This document shows positions 9,701-16,409 of a stretch of 64,000 bases of DNA, in pieces (positions within the stretch are counted from its first letter, which is position 1; every line of letters begins with the position of its first letter). The stretch lies in contig CAZOFP010000004.1 of assembly GCA_964579475.1 (NCBI GenBank), positions 904 to 64,903 on the forward strand, read 5' to 3'. Source of the stretch: an uncultured Candidatus Saccharibacteria bacterium. GTDB taxonomy: Bacteria; Patescibacteriota; Saccharimonadia; Saccharimonadales; CAYOYH01. The notes beneath the pieces are model-generated. The model was not told the DNA's origin. It searched no databases and was given only the letters and a program-made list of their open reading frames with translations. The translations under genes and the position numbers were made by a program.

Positions 9701-12700
9701 CAAAACCTGATTTACTGGCAAATTGAAGCTGGTAGGTGCGTGCAGCATCTTCGGCACCATCACCTTGATTGGCCACAGAAATACGCAGTCTAGTTGGTGT
9801 TAGCTTGTTGACGCTTGTCGGGTCGGTATCTTCCGTCGCCAGCCACCCGCCAGTGGTATTCAGTGCAGTGGTGTCGTCACGCCAGCGGTAGTGGAGCTGT
9901 TGCGAATCAGGAAAACCAATACTGAAGCCACTAAAATCGACAACTTGTAGCCAGGCAGTAACGGGCTGGCCAGAATAAGCTCGCCACCAGAGAAGATTAG
10001 TCGACGAAGTCAACCTTGCCCCCCAGGCTCCAGTACGGGAATAGGCTTGTCCAGTTCCACCGGATGTAGTTGAAATTATAGGTAGGCGGTCACCTTGTGT
10101 GAAGCGTACTGATGTTGAAATATTATCGTATATCTCAGCGCCACCAGCACTCGTTACAGTTTCATTGAGTTCTTGGTAACCACTTGCAGCGCCAGTATCG
10201 CCTCTAACATGGAAGTAGTATCCGGCAGAAAGCGTCGGATTTTCGATTGCGTAGATTTCAAAATCACGTCCAGGTGTTATTAGTGCACCTTCGCCACCGA
10301 CAGCCACACTGGTTTCGCTCGCGTTTTGTGTGACGCCATCTCCAAGCGTAAAAACTTGACCGAGCGCTCCATCACCGAGCCCGTCATCTCTGGTAAATCC
10401 TGAGCCCCAAACAAATGTATCTGCCCGCACTACACTGGTAATTATAGCGCTGTCATAATGGCTGACGTTATTTATTCCCGAACCACTGCTCGTGCCAGTT
10501 ACGTTGGCTGATTGAACGGTCCAAGTACTTCCCCAATCAATGACGTAAGTCGTTAGCGTAGCTGCACCAGGTACACGGGTTTCCGATCCATAGCGATCGT
10601 ATCGTATTTGATTAGTGCCTGATTTGCTGATTTTGACACCAGCCGTTACGGAGTATTCGTTCGAACCACTACTCGTGCTGGAAATACCACCACCATTACG
10701 GCCGCCAAAAGGTACGGTGTTTGCGGTGTGGTTTGCCGCCAGCGTGGCGTAGGTTGTTTGCTGGGTATTAGCCGTACCAGCCGCCATGGTGTGTTCGACA
10801 ACTTCTGAGAGTGTAAAGCCGTCGGTGGTGCAATTAGCGGTACACTCGACTATTGATACAGAACCAACCCAATCATTTGTGGTAGCGCCACGCGAAAGCT
10901 GGATTTGATTTGCGGCAGTGACAGTAGTGAAATTGCTGTGTGGATCACCCGTAATTCGTGCCTGATCTTGGTCGACGCCACGGCTAGCAGTTGCCGAAGA
11001 AGGACCTGCAATAACTGTGTAATAATCGCTGGCTAAATCGTTATTTAAGGTTAGAGTATAGGTCGCTGCGGTGAAAGTTGCGGCTTCGATTTCATAAGTC
11101 GTAACTCTGATAATATCGAGCGCGTCACCGGCTATTTGCCAACTCCTTGTCTCCTGCCAAACGACATCGTTACCGTCGTTCATTTTGAGTGGGCCTAGTA
11201 AGTAAAATTCTGGCGAAATATCTGGCGCATCGAAACGATAGCCAAGAGTTATTTTCTGACCTGCTTTCAAACTGACATCCCAAGTAAGCGTTCTGACGCC
11301 ACCCGCAACGGCGACTCGGCTGTAAACTCGACCGAACTCGGCGGCGGAGATTTTGAAGCTAGCAGGAACTTCTTCGATGATAGTTCCACTGAAATCTTGG
11401 GAGGCGACAACGTCTAGTGTTATTGGGTAGTCAACCACGGGGTAAATACGGGTTGGGCCACTTCTGGTGACGTCGAAAAGAGGTGTGCTCTCCACGAAAA
11501 CCTTGTCAATGATTTGGTACTGGCCATTTGAGGTGGTGGCCGTAAGATCAAGCGTGTATTCACCGGGTCCGGCGAATTGGTAGCTTGCTTCAAAGTCAGG
11601 TGTAATTTGGGTACCGTATTGTTCACAGCTGTCATTTCGAGTTATCGAAGAACTGTCTGTCGAAAGGGTTGATGTCCCACTGGGTCCACTTATCGTCAGC
11701 ACCAGACCTGCCTTACAAACTGTGGCACCCAGCTCATTTAGGACAGTCATCATAATCCGGCCTGTTTCACCAGGCGAGTAGATTGTTTTGTCGGTGTTTA
11801 GCGCAAGTACACCCCACAAGAAATCTTGGCTGATTCGCTGCTGGGCTCCGTCTTCGGTGGTGACTTCCATTTTTAGTGTGTAAATGCCAGGGTTGGCGCT
11901 GCGGGGCATCTTTATTGGCACGTCCCACTTGTCGGTGTTAGAAATGTCGACATCTTTCCACTCAGCTTCAACGTCATCGCTAGTAACGACTACACCATCG
12001 CTGTCGATTATCACCGATTTTGCGTTAGCGCCCGGTGCACTTTGGTTACTCCTGACGGCAGACGTAACACTACTGACAATACCCTGTACGACGCCGTCGT
12101 TAGGATCCTTAGCACTGATTTCGAAGACAATTTCTTCGTCGGCCGCTAGCAGTGGAATTTTATCTTCAATAATTTCGCCGGTACCGTCGAGGGCTTTGAC
12201 CGCAATTTCTTTGTCCAGACCGATTTCGTAAACAATTGCCATGCTATCTACGAGAGCGGTATAGTTTTCTGCGCCGTCGACGAGTTCGAGTCTGAAGGCA
12301 AACTGGCTTAAACTTTCAGCAACACCATCTGGGATTAGGATTGATATGTGCGGCGATGAAGTTGAAAGCTCTTGCTGGGTGATTAGGTGCAGTGTAGACC
12401 AGGTATCGCCTTGGTCGCCTGATATCTCGACCTTAAATACTGGATTATCGACCTGGGTTTCTTCGCTACCAAAGACGTTCGGCAAAGTTGAGTCGACGCG
12501 CCCATCGACTTTCAGGGGTTCAAACGAAGTTTCACTGAAAACGACTTCAGGTGCAGACACGGTCTCTTCGACCACTGGCTCCTCGGAAGCGGGTACAGCG
12601 TCTTGATCAGTTTGGGGTTCGGTTGGCACATTTGGTTCTTCTGCGGTTTCAGCGACCTCTGCTACTGACAGGGAAATATTTAATGCAGTTGCTGTCCTGA

Positions 12701-13073
12701 CGTCGTTTGTATCTTTGTAGCCAATACAGGTTAGTACGCCGTCGGCGTCTACTAGCTTTGCGGCATTTTTTTCGGTTATTTGATCTCGTGAGCCGTCGAA
12801 GGCGACGTCAGGTTGCGATTGGGCGAGCTCTGGGTTTTGCCAGCCGGAATTTGCCGAACACTGAGTTGCGGGGAAGCTCATAGTTGAGCCAACATCGCTA
12901 ATGTTTGCCCTAACGATTACTGTAGTGACCGTTATTAAAATAAACAGCAGACCACCACCATAAATGAGTTTTTCACGGCCAGAAAGAGGATCAAGAATTG
13001 TTGCAATCCCACCTCTTCTTTTTCCTAGCGCCCTCGGGTTATACCCATAGGAGCGTCGAAATATATTCCTCAC
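6765..13073 (-). CDS. Giant (2102 aa) N-terminally TM-anchored multidomain surface protein; its C-terminal 168 aa are homologous to the C-terminal module of the 351-aa paralogs
   Basis: Uninterrupted 6.3-kb ORF with a GTG start and GAGG upstream. N-terminal basic segment plus TM (LIYGGGLLFILITVTTVIV). Acidic P/E/T linker. Beta-rich domains include three tandem ~95-aa Cys-pair repeats and FN3/Ig-like segments. Ends AGDYQTIIIFTITATY. Confidence 0.7.
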   Translation of the reverse strand: MRNIFRRSYGYNPRALGKRRGGIATILDPLSGREKLIYGGGLLFILITVTTVIVRANISDVGSTMSFPATQCSANSGWQNPELAQSQPDVAFDGSRDQITEKNAAKLVDADGVLTCIGYKDTNDVRTATALNISLSVAEVAETAEEPNVPTEPQTDQDAVPASEEPVVEETVSAPEVVFSETSFEPLKVDGRVDSTLPNVFGSEETQVDNPVFKVEISGDQGDTWSTLHLITQQELSTSSPHISILIPDGVAESLSQFAFRLELVDGAENYTALVDSMAIVYEIGLDKEIAVKALDGTGEIIEDKIPLLAADEEIVFEISAKDPNDGVVQGIVSSVTSAVRSNQSAPGANAKSVIIDSDGVVVTSDDVEAEWKDVDISNTDKWDVPIKMPRSANPGIYTLKMEVTTEDGAQQRISQDFLWGVLALNTDKTIYSPGETGRIMMTVLNELGATVCKAGLVLTISGPSGTSTLSTDSSSITRNDSCEQYGTQITPDFEASYQFAGPGEYTLDLTATTSNGQYQIIDKVFVESTPLFDVTRSGPTRIYPVVDYPITLDVVASQDFSGTIIEEVPASFKISAAEFGRVYSRVAVAGGVRTLTWDVSLKAGQKITLGYRFDAPDISPEFYLLGPLKMNDGNDVVWQETRSWQIAGDALDIIRVTTYEIEAATFTAATYTLTLNNDLASDYYTVIAGPSSATASRGVDQDQARITGDPHSNFTTVTAANQIQLSRGATTNDWVGSVSIVECTANCTTDGFTLSEVVEHTMAAGTANTQQTTYATLAANHTANTVPFGGRNGGGISSTSSGSNEYSVTAGVKISKSGTNQIRYDRYGSETRVPGAATLTTYVIDWGSTWTVQSANVTGTSSGSGINNVSHYDSAIITSVVRADTFVWGSGFTRDDGLGDGALGQVFTLGDGVTQNASETSVAVGGEGALITPGRDFEIYAIENPTLSAGYYFHVRGDTGAASGYQELNETVTSAGGAEIYDNISTSVRFTQGDRLPIISTTSGGTGQAYSRTGAWGARLTSSTNLLWWRAYSGQPVTAWLQVVDFSGFSIGFPDSQQLHYRWRDDTTALNTTGGWLATEDTDPTSVNKLTPTRLRISVANQGDGAEDAARTYQLQFASKSGFASCSSVTTWTGVGSSATDAVAMYNSSNINPDGTLTTGGLLANTESYSFLSGEGRKSADTTGSIGPLPVSYYTELEYAIEMTEDSIGGETYCFRLYDTTAAAALDGYQVLPELSVSTTKVVFSTLGETGSFASAVDGGWTTITFASTYTTPVVVGTTNTRAGTPALVFESRNVTTTSAQMRVCDSQGSTANGCDTHISETVGYMVIDAAVAATTTGIEAGTFTASGADDSSNYTINYAGTYGTTPLVFSNVNTVNSTEFPIEVVINSTTTTNFNAGICDQLLGNNDACDSAHGNETVGWVAVEPGNEPFLGEFDNGSWSIDTDSDSWASVTFAQPFSAIPILISASQTDNGGQDVEIDEAKDVTLTGAKVHFCEIDTTDTCDTHAADTNAWLAIESGPLENALVLDQDGFRWYAGQNSVTPTTPLGNENEDILNVATNDVIRLRMAAQNTVYDQPVGNFDLKLQYSAASDCAAAGTWTDVGGIGSGIIWRGNNQGGPTTDGSTLPSSLLDGGVNVLMTYEESNNSATNPNVIPKNQRAEWDWVVENNGAPAVTTYCFRAVSTSGSVIQYTRYPKVTTISTEAPQNPNSPTSLDQKKTDDTSIAVNAFTNETSVKFTASVSDGNSSDVLSLCVEVQQLGTAFTNTETSCGSNVNYSGTAVPADVTISGLTTGQDYHWQVRVKDALGAYSAWISFGGNAETSRDFGVDTTSPAGTVYDGTTTGVDVDYNDGSLNTLSANWNITDAGSGVSKYEYSIGTIPSTTNIKTWTDVVLATSITDSLLTLNTSQPYYFNVRATDSAGNQSVQSSDGQLIAPTLSFISSPMTVQFDNLNSTNSFTSTKSTTLTTSTNAYNGYTVRAYASGLLTSGGLDTIQMFNGGTYVSPDTWQGGDTGYGYTSNDSSIQGSNLFNSAPCAGGGNPPCYAPFSLVAPGDIVADHTATISGTSVANENFIITHRVTTSSSQEAGDYQTIIIFTITATY

Positions 13074-13134
13074 TAAACCTCGTTCACGAATTATCTTTGA
13101 TTGGGAGTTTTTAGAGGTTTTTGTTTTAAAGCTA

Positions 13135-13162
13135 ATGCTATTTTAGCGCCCAAGCGACTCAA
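13135..13162 (-). promoter_or_regulatory. Possible promoter TTGAGT-16 nt-TAGCAT for the giant gene
   Basis: Reverse complement of 13157-13162 is TTGAGT and of 13135-13140 is TAGCAT. An AT-rich near-palindrome lies just upstream (13176-13201). Confidence 0.3.
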
Positions 13163-13198
13163 AGACAACGGATTCTTATATATAAATATTTATAAATA

Positions 13199-13236
13199 AG
13201 TAAAAACCGCCAAGTCCGGGAAGGCCAGGCGGTTTG
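13199..13236 (-). terminator. Rho-independent terminator after the 36-aa ORF
   Basis: AAACCGCC (16-nt loop) GGCGGTTT stem. On the minus strand it is followed by a T-run. Confidence 0.6.
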
Positions 13237-13246
13237 TTACTAGTGA

Positions 13247-13357
13247 TTATACTATAGTTGAGACGTTTGCGACGATAATTGCGACGCTAAGTACGGCTAT
13301 AGCAACGGTTCTCAGTTCGATACCTTTTTCACGTTGGTAGGCGATTGGCTTATGCAT
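13247..13357 (-). CDS. Unannotated 36-aa hydrophobic peptide MHKPIAYQREKGIELRTVAIAVLSVAIIVANVSTIV (below the ORF-track size cutoff)
   Basis: Hand translation. AAGGA-type SD in an A/C-rich leader resembling those of the 351-aa genes. TTGACA-17 nt-TAGTCT upstream. Terminator immediately downstream. Confidence 0.35.
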   Translation of the reverse strand: MHKPIAYQREKGIELRTVAIAVLSVAIIVANVSTIV

Positions 13358-13512
13358 TGGAGTCCTTTTTTTGTTTTTGATATTTTTGTTTTGATTTTCG
13401 CGCTTTCATTTTTAGTTCAGCGGTTAATCGTACACATAGACTAACACGCTTATGATAGTTTGTCAAGAAGATTGTAGAAAATAGGTTTAGCGTAAGAAGT
13501 TTCAGGAAAAAC

Positions 13513-14832
13513 CTATTTACGCTCAATGAGGTCTATAACCAAAGCCGCTGTCCAAGAGAAGTTCTTGCCACCAGTGCCAGAACCACCTATTGGCGAGAAA
13601 TACTCGAAAAAACCATGTTCCGTAACTAGCTCTAAGCTTTTTTCACGGATATGCCCGGCTTCTTTTTCGTAGCCGTACTGTTTTAGCCCGTCGATTATTA
13701 ACCAGTTAGTGTTTATCCAGGTCGGACCTTGCCAGTAACGGTGGTGGTTAAAATAGCTAGAATCCAGTGGCACGCTAGGGACAGGAAATTTCGGCCAGTA
13801 TTTGAGCTCGTTTTTCATTATTCCAACCAATTTCTTAGCTCTTTTTTTGGAAATTACACCAGAATATAGCGGCATCAGCGAACCGATATATTCTTCATGA
13901 ATCCATTCTCTGGTGACGAAGTTCCGAGCGAAATAAGTTTGTTTTTCTTCGCACCACAGTTGTTCTAGGGCGCTATCGGCCTTCTCGAACGATTCACGGA
14001 GGTCTTTTGGTATGGTTTCGCCAATTTCTGCGGCAATCTCTTCCAGGATGTGGTTGTTGCGAATCAGTATTGAGTTGAAAAAGACATCGTCGATGGCAAA
14101 GTGCGCCCGTCTGATTATTTCATTAGAATCGTATTCCTTCCTACGAAGGCGCCTCTGAGCGTTAAACAGCAGTAGTGAAGTTTTAGTCGATATCCTCTCG
14201 GCTGCTGGTACAAGCTTAATGTCTTGGCGAAACAGATTAAAAACCTTGTCCAAATTAAGCCAGTCGACAATCTTAATCCAAACAGGCGTGGCGTTATGGT
14301 GCATTTCACTCATCCACGGTGGTGTGTTGTCTAGACCTGTCTCCCAGGGGTGGACAAGCACTACCAGGCCTTCGCCGCGTGGGTCACGTTCGCGGTAGAG
14401 CCAGCCGTGGTAGCGTAGCAGTGCTGCGTAGACTTCCTCATAGAAACGCTCGCGCTCATCGGCTTTCATTTTCTCGCCAATCCTTAGTACGGCTTCGGCA
14501 ATAACTGGCGGTTGGGTAATGCCAGAAGTTTGAATGCCTGGCGGGGCTACCGGCGATACGTGGGATTGCCAGATGTTAGCTCCAGTTAGTGGACTGGATT
14601 GTTCGTCAAATATCATGTGCGGAATCATGCCGTTTGACCATTGTCCGCGGATGAGCGAAATTATCTCTCTTTTGGCTCTTTTGGTGTCGTAGTGGGAGAT
14701 GCCGATAGCTGAAAAACAGCTGTCCCATAGCCATTGGTGTGGGTACAGACCTTCAGCAGGCCGCGTCCAATTACCGAGGTCGTTGTCCTTTAGTACTGTT
14801 TTTGCCTTCTCAAGCAAAAGCGTTTTGCGCAT
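13513..14832 (-). CDS. (alpha/alpha)6-barrel glycoside hydrolase, GH63-like (glucosylglycerate/mannosylglycerate hydrolase or trehalase-like)
   Basis: Motifs LYPHQWLWDSCFSAIG, GITQPPV, HPWETGLDNTP and YWQGPTWINTNW are typical of the GH63/MGH-type family. I prefer the ATG at 14832 (MRKTLLLEK) over the track start at 14871. Confidence 0.6.
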   Translation of the reverse strand: MRKTLLLEKAKTVLKDNDLGNWTRPAEGLYPHQWLWDSCFSAIGISHYDTKRAKREIISLIRGQWSNGMIPHMIFDEQSSPLTGANIWQSHVSPVAPPGIQTSGITQPPVIAEAVLRIGEKMKADERERFYEEVYAALLRYHGWLYRERDPRGEGLVVLVHPWETGLDNTPPWMSEMHHNATPVWIKIVDWLNLDKVFNLFRQDIKLVPAAERISTKTSLLLFNAQRRLRRKEYDSNEIIRRAHFAIDDVFFNSILIRNNHILEEIAAEIGETIPKDLRESFEKADSALEQLWCEEKQTYFARNFVTREWIHEEYIGSLMPLYSGVISKKRAKKLVGIMKNELKYWPKFPVPSVPLDSSYFNHHRYWQGPTWINTNWLIIDGLKQYGYEKEAGHIREKSLELVTEHGFFEYFSPIGGSGTGGKNFSWTAALVIDLIERK

Positions 14833-14872
14833 AGAAAGATAATACAACAGATGAACGCGGGAGGCTAACACC

Positions 14873-14901
14873 TTGACGAATGAGTGCTAAGCATGTATAA
14901 T
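14873..14901 (+). promoter_or_regulatory. Consensus sigma70-type promoter TTGACG-17 nt-TATAAT
   Basis: TTGACG at 14873-14878 and TATAAT at 14896-14901, with exact 17-nt spacing. It faces an ORF-poor, GC-richer 640-nt unit. Confidence 0.7.
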
Positions 14902-14953
14902 ATGCGGTAGTTGGGAATAATTCCAGCGTAGTCGCGAAGAAGGAGAAGTACGG

Positions 14954-15253
14954 ATGCGTCGCTTGTTTTCGAGAGGCACCCACTACGTCGATTGCTCAAA
15001 GCATTTGAAGTGGCAGGGACTCATAGCGAATATCAAGCGGGTAGGTAGGTGCATGCACAGTTCATGCATTAAGGAAGGCATCTTTAGGTCAGGATACTAT
15101 TCTGACCAATGTTTCTATGGCTGTTTCTGTCGGGAACGACGGCAACGCGCCAGGAAGCTGCGACGGAAACAAAGGTTGAATGAACGGTTTGGGATACCGT
15201 TCGAGCAATCAGATTTCCAGATGAGCGAAGGAGAGGGAACCGATGACGTGTAG
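14954..15253 (+). CDS. Hypothetical 99-aa basic, Cys-rich small protein (status uncertain: the region may instead be a structured RNA)
   Basis: AAGGAG SD 8 nt upstream of the ATG. Arg/Lys-rich stretch RERRQRARKLRRKQR. At least six Cys. No recognisable family. Confidence 0.35.
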   Translation: MRRLFSRGTHYVDCSKHLKWQGLIANIKRVGRCMHSSCIKEGIFRSGYYSDQCFYGCFCRERRQRARKLRRKQRLNERFGIPFEQSDFQMSEGEGTDDV

Positions 15254-15428
15254 TCGTGATCAGGACGAAAAGTTCGTGCGTGCATGCAAGTACGTAGCAG
15301 AACACCCGTTCGAAATCACACCCAAGTTCATCGAGGACAACTTCCCTGAGGAAGAATCGTTCATCGTAGACGAGATACCCTGGGTGTGGTGGGTTTGGTT
15401 CTTCAGAACCGCCACCATCCCCGAGTAG
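15243..15428 (+). CDS. Hypothetical 61-aa acidic protein with Trp-rich hydrophobic C-terminus (IPWVWWVWFF); overlaps the preceding ORF by 11 nt
   Basis: AAGGAG SD 9 nt upstream of the ATG. SD context GCGAAGGAGAGG resembles that of the upstream ORF (GCGAAGAAGGAGAAG). No recognisable family. Confidence 0.3.
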   Translation: MTCSRDQDEKFVRACKYVAEHPFEITPKFIEDNFPEEESFIVDEIPWVWWVWFFRTATIPE

Positions 15429-15497
15429 ATCGTCGACCGGGAGGGGTGTCCAAGAGTATGGCTGTGAAAGCACCAAACCCTTGCGACACCCTTTCCG

Positions 15498-15546
15498 AAA
15501 AAACCTTAGTCAAGTAAACAAAAGTTTGTTGCCTGAGGTTTTTTTT
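15498..15546. terminator. Bidirectional rho-independent terminator shared by the orphan plus-strand unit and yajQ
   Basis: AAAAAACCT...CAA..AAAC aaaa GTTT.TTG...AGGTTTTTTTT: an interrupted hairpin flanked by an A-run and a T-run. It overlaps the yajQ stop codon. Confidence 0.7.
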
Positions 15547-16045
15547 ATTTAAAATTTGTAAACTCAACAGGGAAGTCGAACTTGGCTTCTTTGATAGCGG
15601 TCATGGCGTCTTGTAATTGATCTTTTTTAGGGCTGGAAACTCGGATTTCCTCACCCTGAATTTGGGTTTTCACTTTTGGTAGTTTGTCACGAAGTAGTTT
15701 GGTAATTTTCTTGGCTCGTTCTTTGTCTAGGCCTTTTTTGAATGTAACTATCCAGGTCATCTTTAGATTGGAGGTTTCTGGTTCGGCCGAGGTGTCGAAA
15801 ACCTTCTGGCTGACGCTGCGTTGGGCGGCCTTTTTACGGAGCATGTCCATAATTGCGTCTAAGTGGTACTGAGTGTCGCCGGTTATCTTCAAAGAGTCCT
15901 TTTCACCAGAGGCGAAATCTACTCCAGCGCTCGTGCCTTTAAAATCATAACGAGTGAGTATTTCGCGGCGTGCTTGATCGACGACGTTGTTCATCTCAGC
16001 TACGTCGTAGTCGCTGACTGCGTCAAATGAATAACTCTTTGCCAT
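15545..16045 (-). CDS. yajQ: YajQ-family nucleotide-binding protein (UPF0234)
   Basis: 166 aa. N-terminus SFDAVSDYDVAEMNNVVDQARREILTRYDFKG and overall layout are typical of YajQ. TGgTAAAAT extended -10 lies 6 nt upstream of the ATG. Confidence 0.85.
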   Translation of the reverse strand: MAKSYSFDAVSDYDVAEMNNVVDQARREILTRYDFKGTSAGVDFASGEKDSLKITGDTQYHLDAIMDMLRKKAAQRSVSQKVFDTSAEPETSNLKMTWIVTFKKGLDKERAKKITKLLRDKLPKVKTQIQGEEIRVSSPKKDQLQDAMTAIKEAKFDFPVEFTNFK

Positions 16046-16146
16046 TTAGGTATTTTACCAGAAATTTGGTGGTGGCGCTGTTTTGCCAGCGCACCGCATC
16101 GTTCTTTTTGGCAGCAAAAAGAACATAAAGACTGCCTCCACGGACG

Positions 16147-16263
16147 AAAACACTATGAACCCAGTCCTCTCATTGAACGGAGCCTGCGACAGCTCGTCGT
16201 TAATCACTCCTCAGACACTCCTCGGCTCTGGCCGTTCACTTCTCGATGGTCTTCATCGGTTTT
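16147..16263. ncRNA. Candidate structured RNA region (strand unresolved, family unknown)
   Basis: Three nested helices: AAAAC/GTTTT plus ATGAA/TTCAT (16147-16159 with 16252-16263), GAACGG-AGCC with GGCT-(CTGG)-CCGTTC (16175-16184 with 16224-16237), and CGAC agctc GTCG (16187-16199). Also a direct repeat CACTCCTC x2. No convincing ORF. Confidence 0.2.
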
Positions 16264-16334
16264 CTTTAGTGTCGGAAATAACTCCAGGAAAAAACAGATA
16301 GAATTATCAAGTTATTCGATCAAGATACAGAGCA

Positions 16335-16366
16335 GTATAGTTATATAATTAATTATATAACTATAC
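16335..16366. repeat. Perfect 32-bp AT-rich palindrome GTATAGTTATATAATT|AATTATATAACTATAC (copy 1 of core TTATATAATTAATTATATAA)
   Basis: Read directly. Core at 16341-16360. Contains TATAAT on both strands. Confidence 0.9.
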
Positions 16367-16409
16367 GGTGTGACCACTGTTACGTGGATAGATGTATTAG
16401 GTAGTAAGG

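Noticed and set aside
579-13357. The surface island as a prophage, integrative element or toxin (RHS/MAC) cassette.
   Set aside because: I saw no integrase, transposase, flanking tRNA or direct repeats, and no phage structural, RHS/YD or toxin-tip motifs. Codon and base composition look similar to the rest of the window.
14908-15546. Housekeeping RNAs (tmRNA, RNase P RNA, SRP RNA, 6S RNA) in the GC-richer ORF-poor regions 14.9-15.5 kb, 16.08-16.31 kb and 19.96-20.47 kb.
   Set aside because: I looked for GGAAAGTCC / ACAGAACCCGGC (RNase P), a tRNA-like 3' end with T-arm and CCA plus a tag ORF (tmRNA), and GUCCGGAAGGAAGCAGC (SRP). None is present. The GGTTC ttca GAACC g CCACCA stretch at 15397-15417 has a 4-nt loop, not a T-loop. 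A covariance-model scan is still needed.
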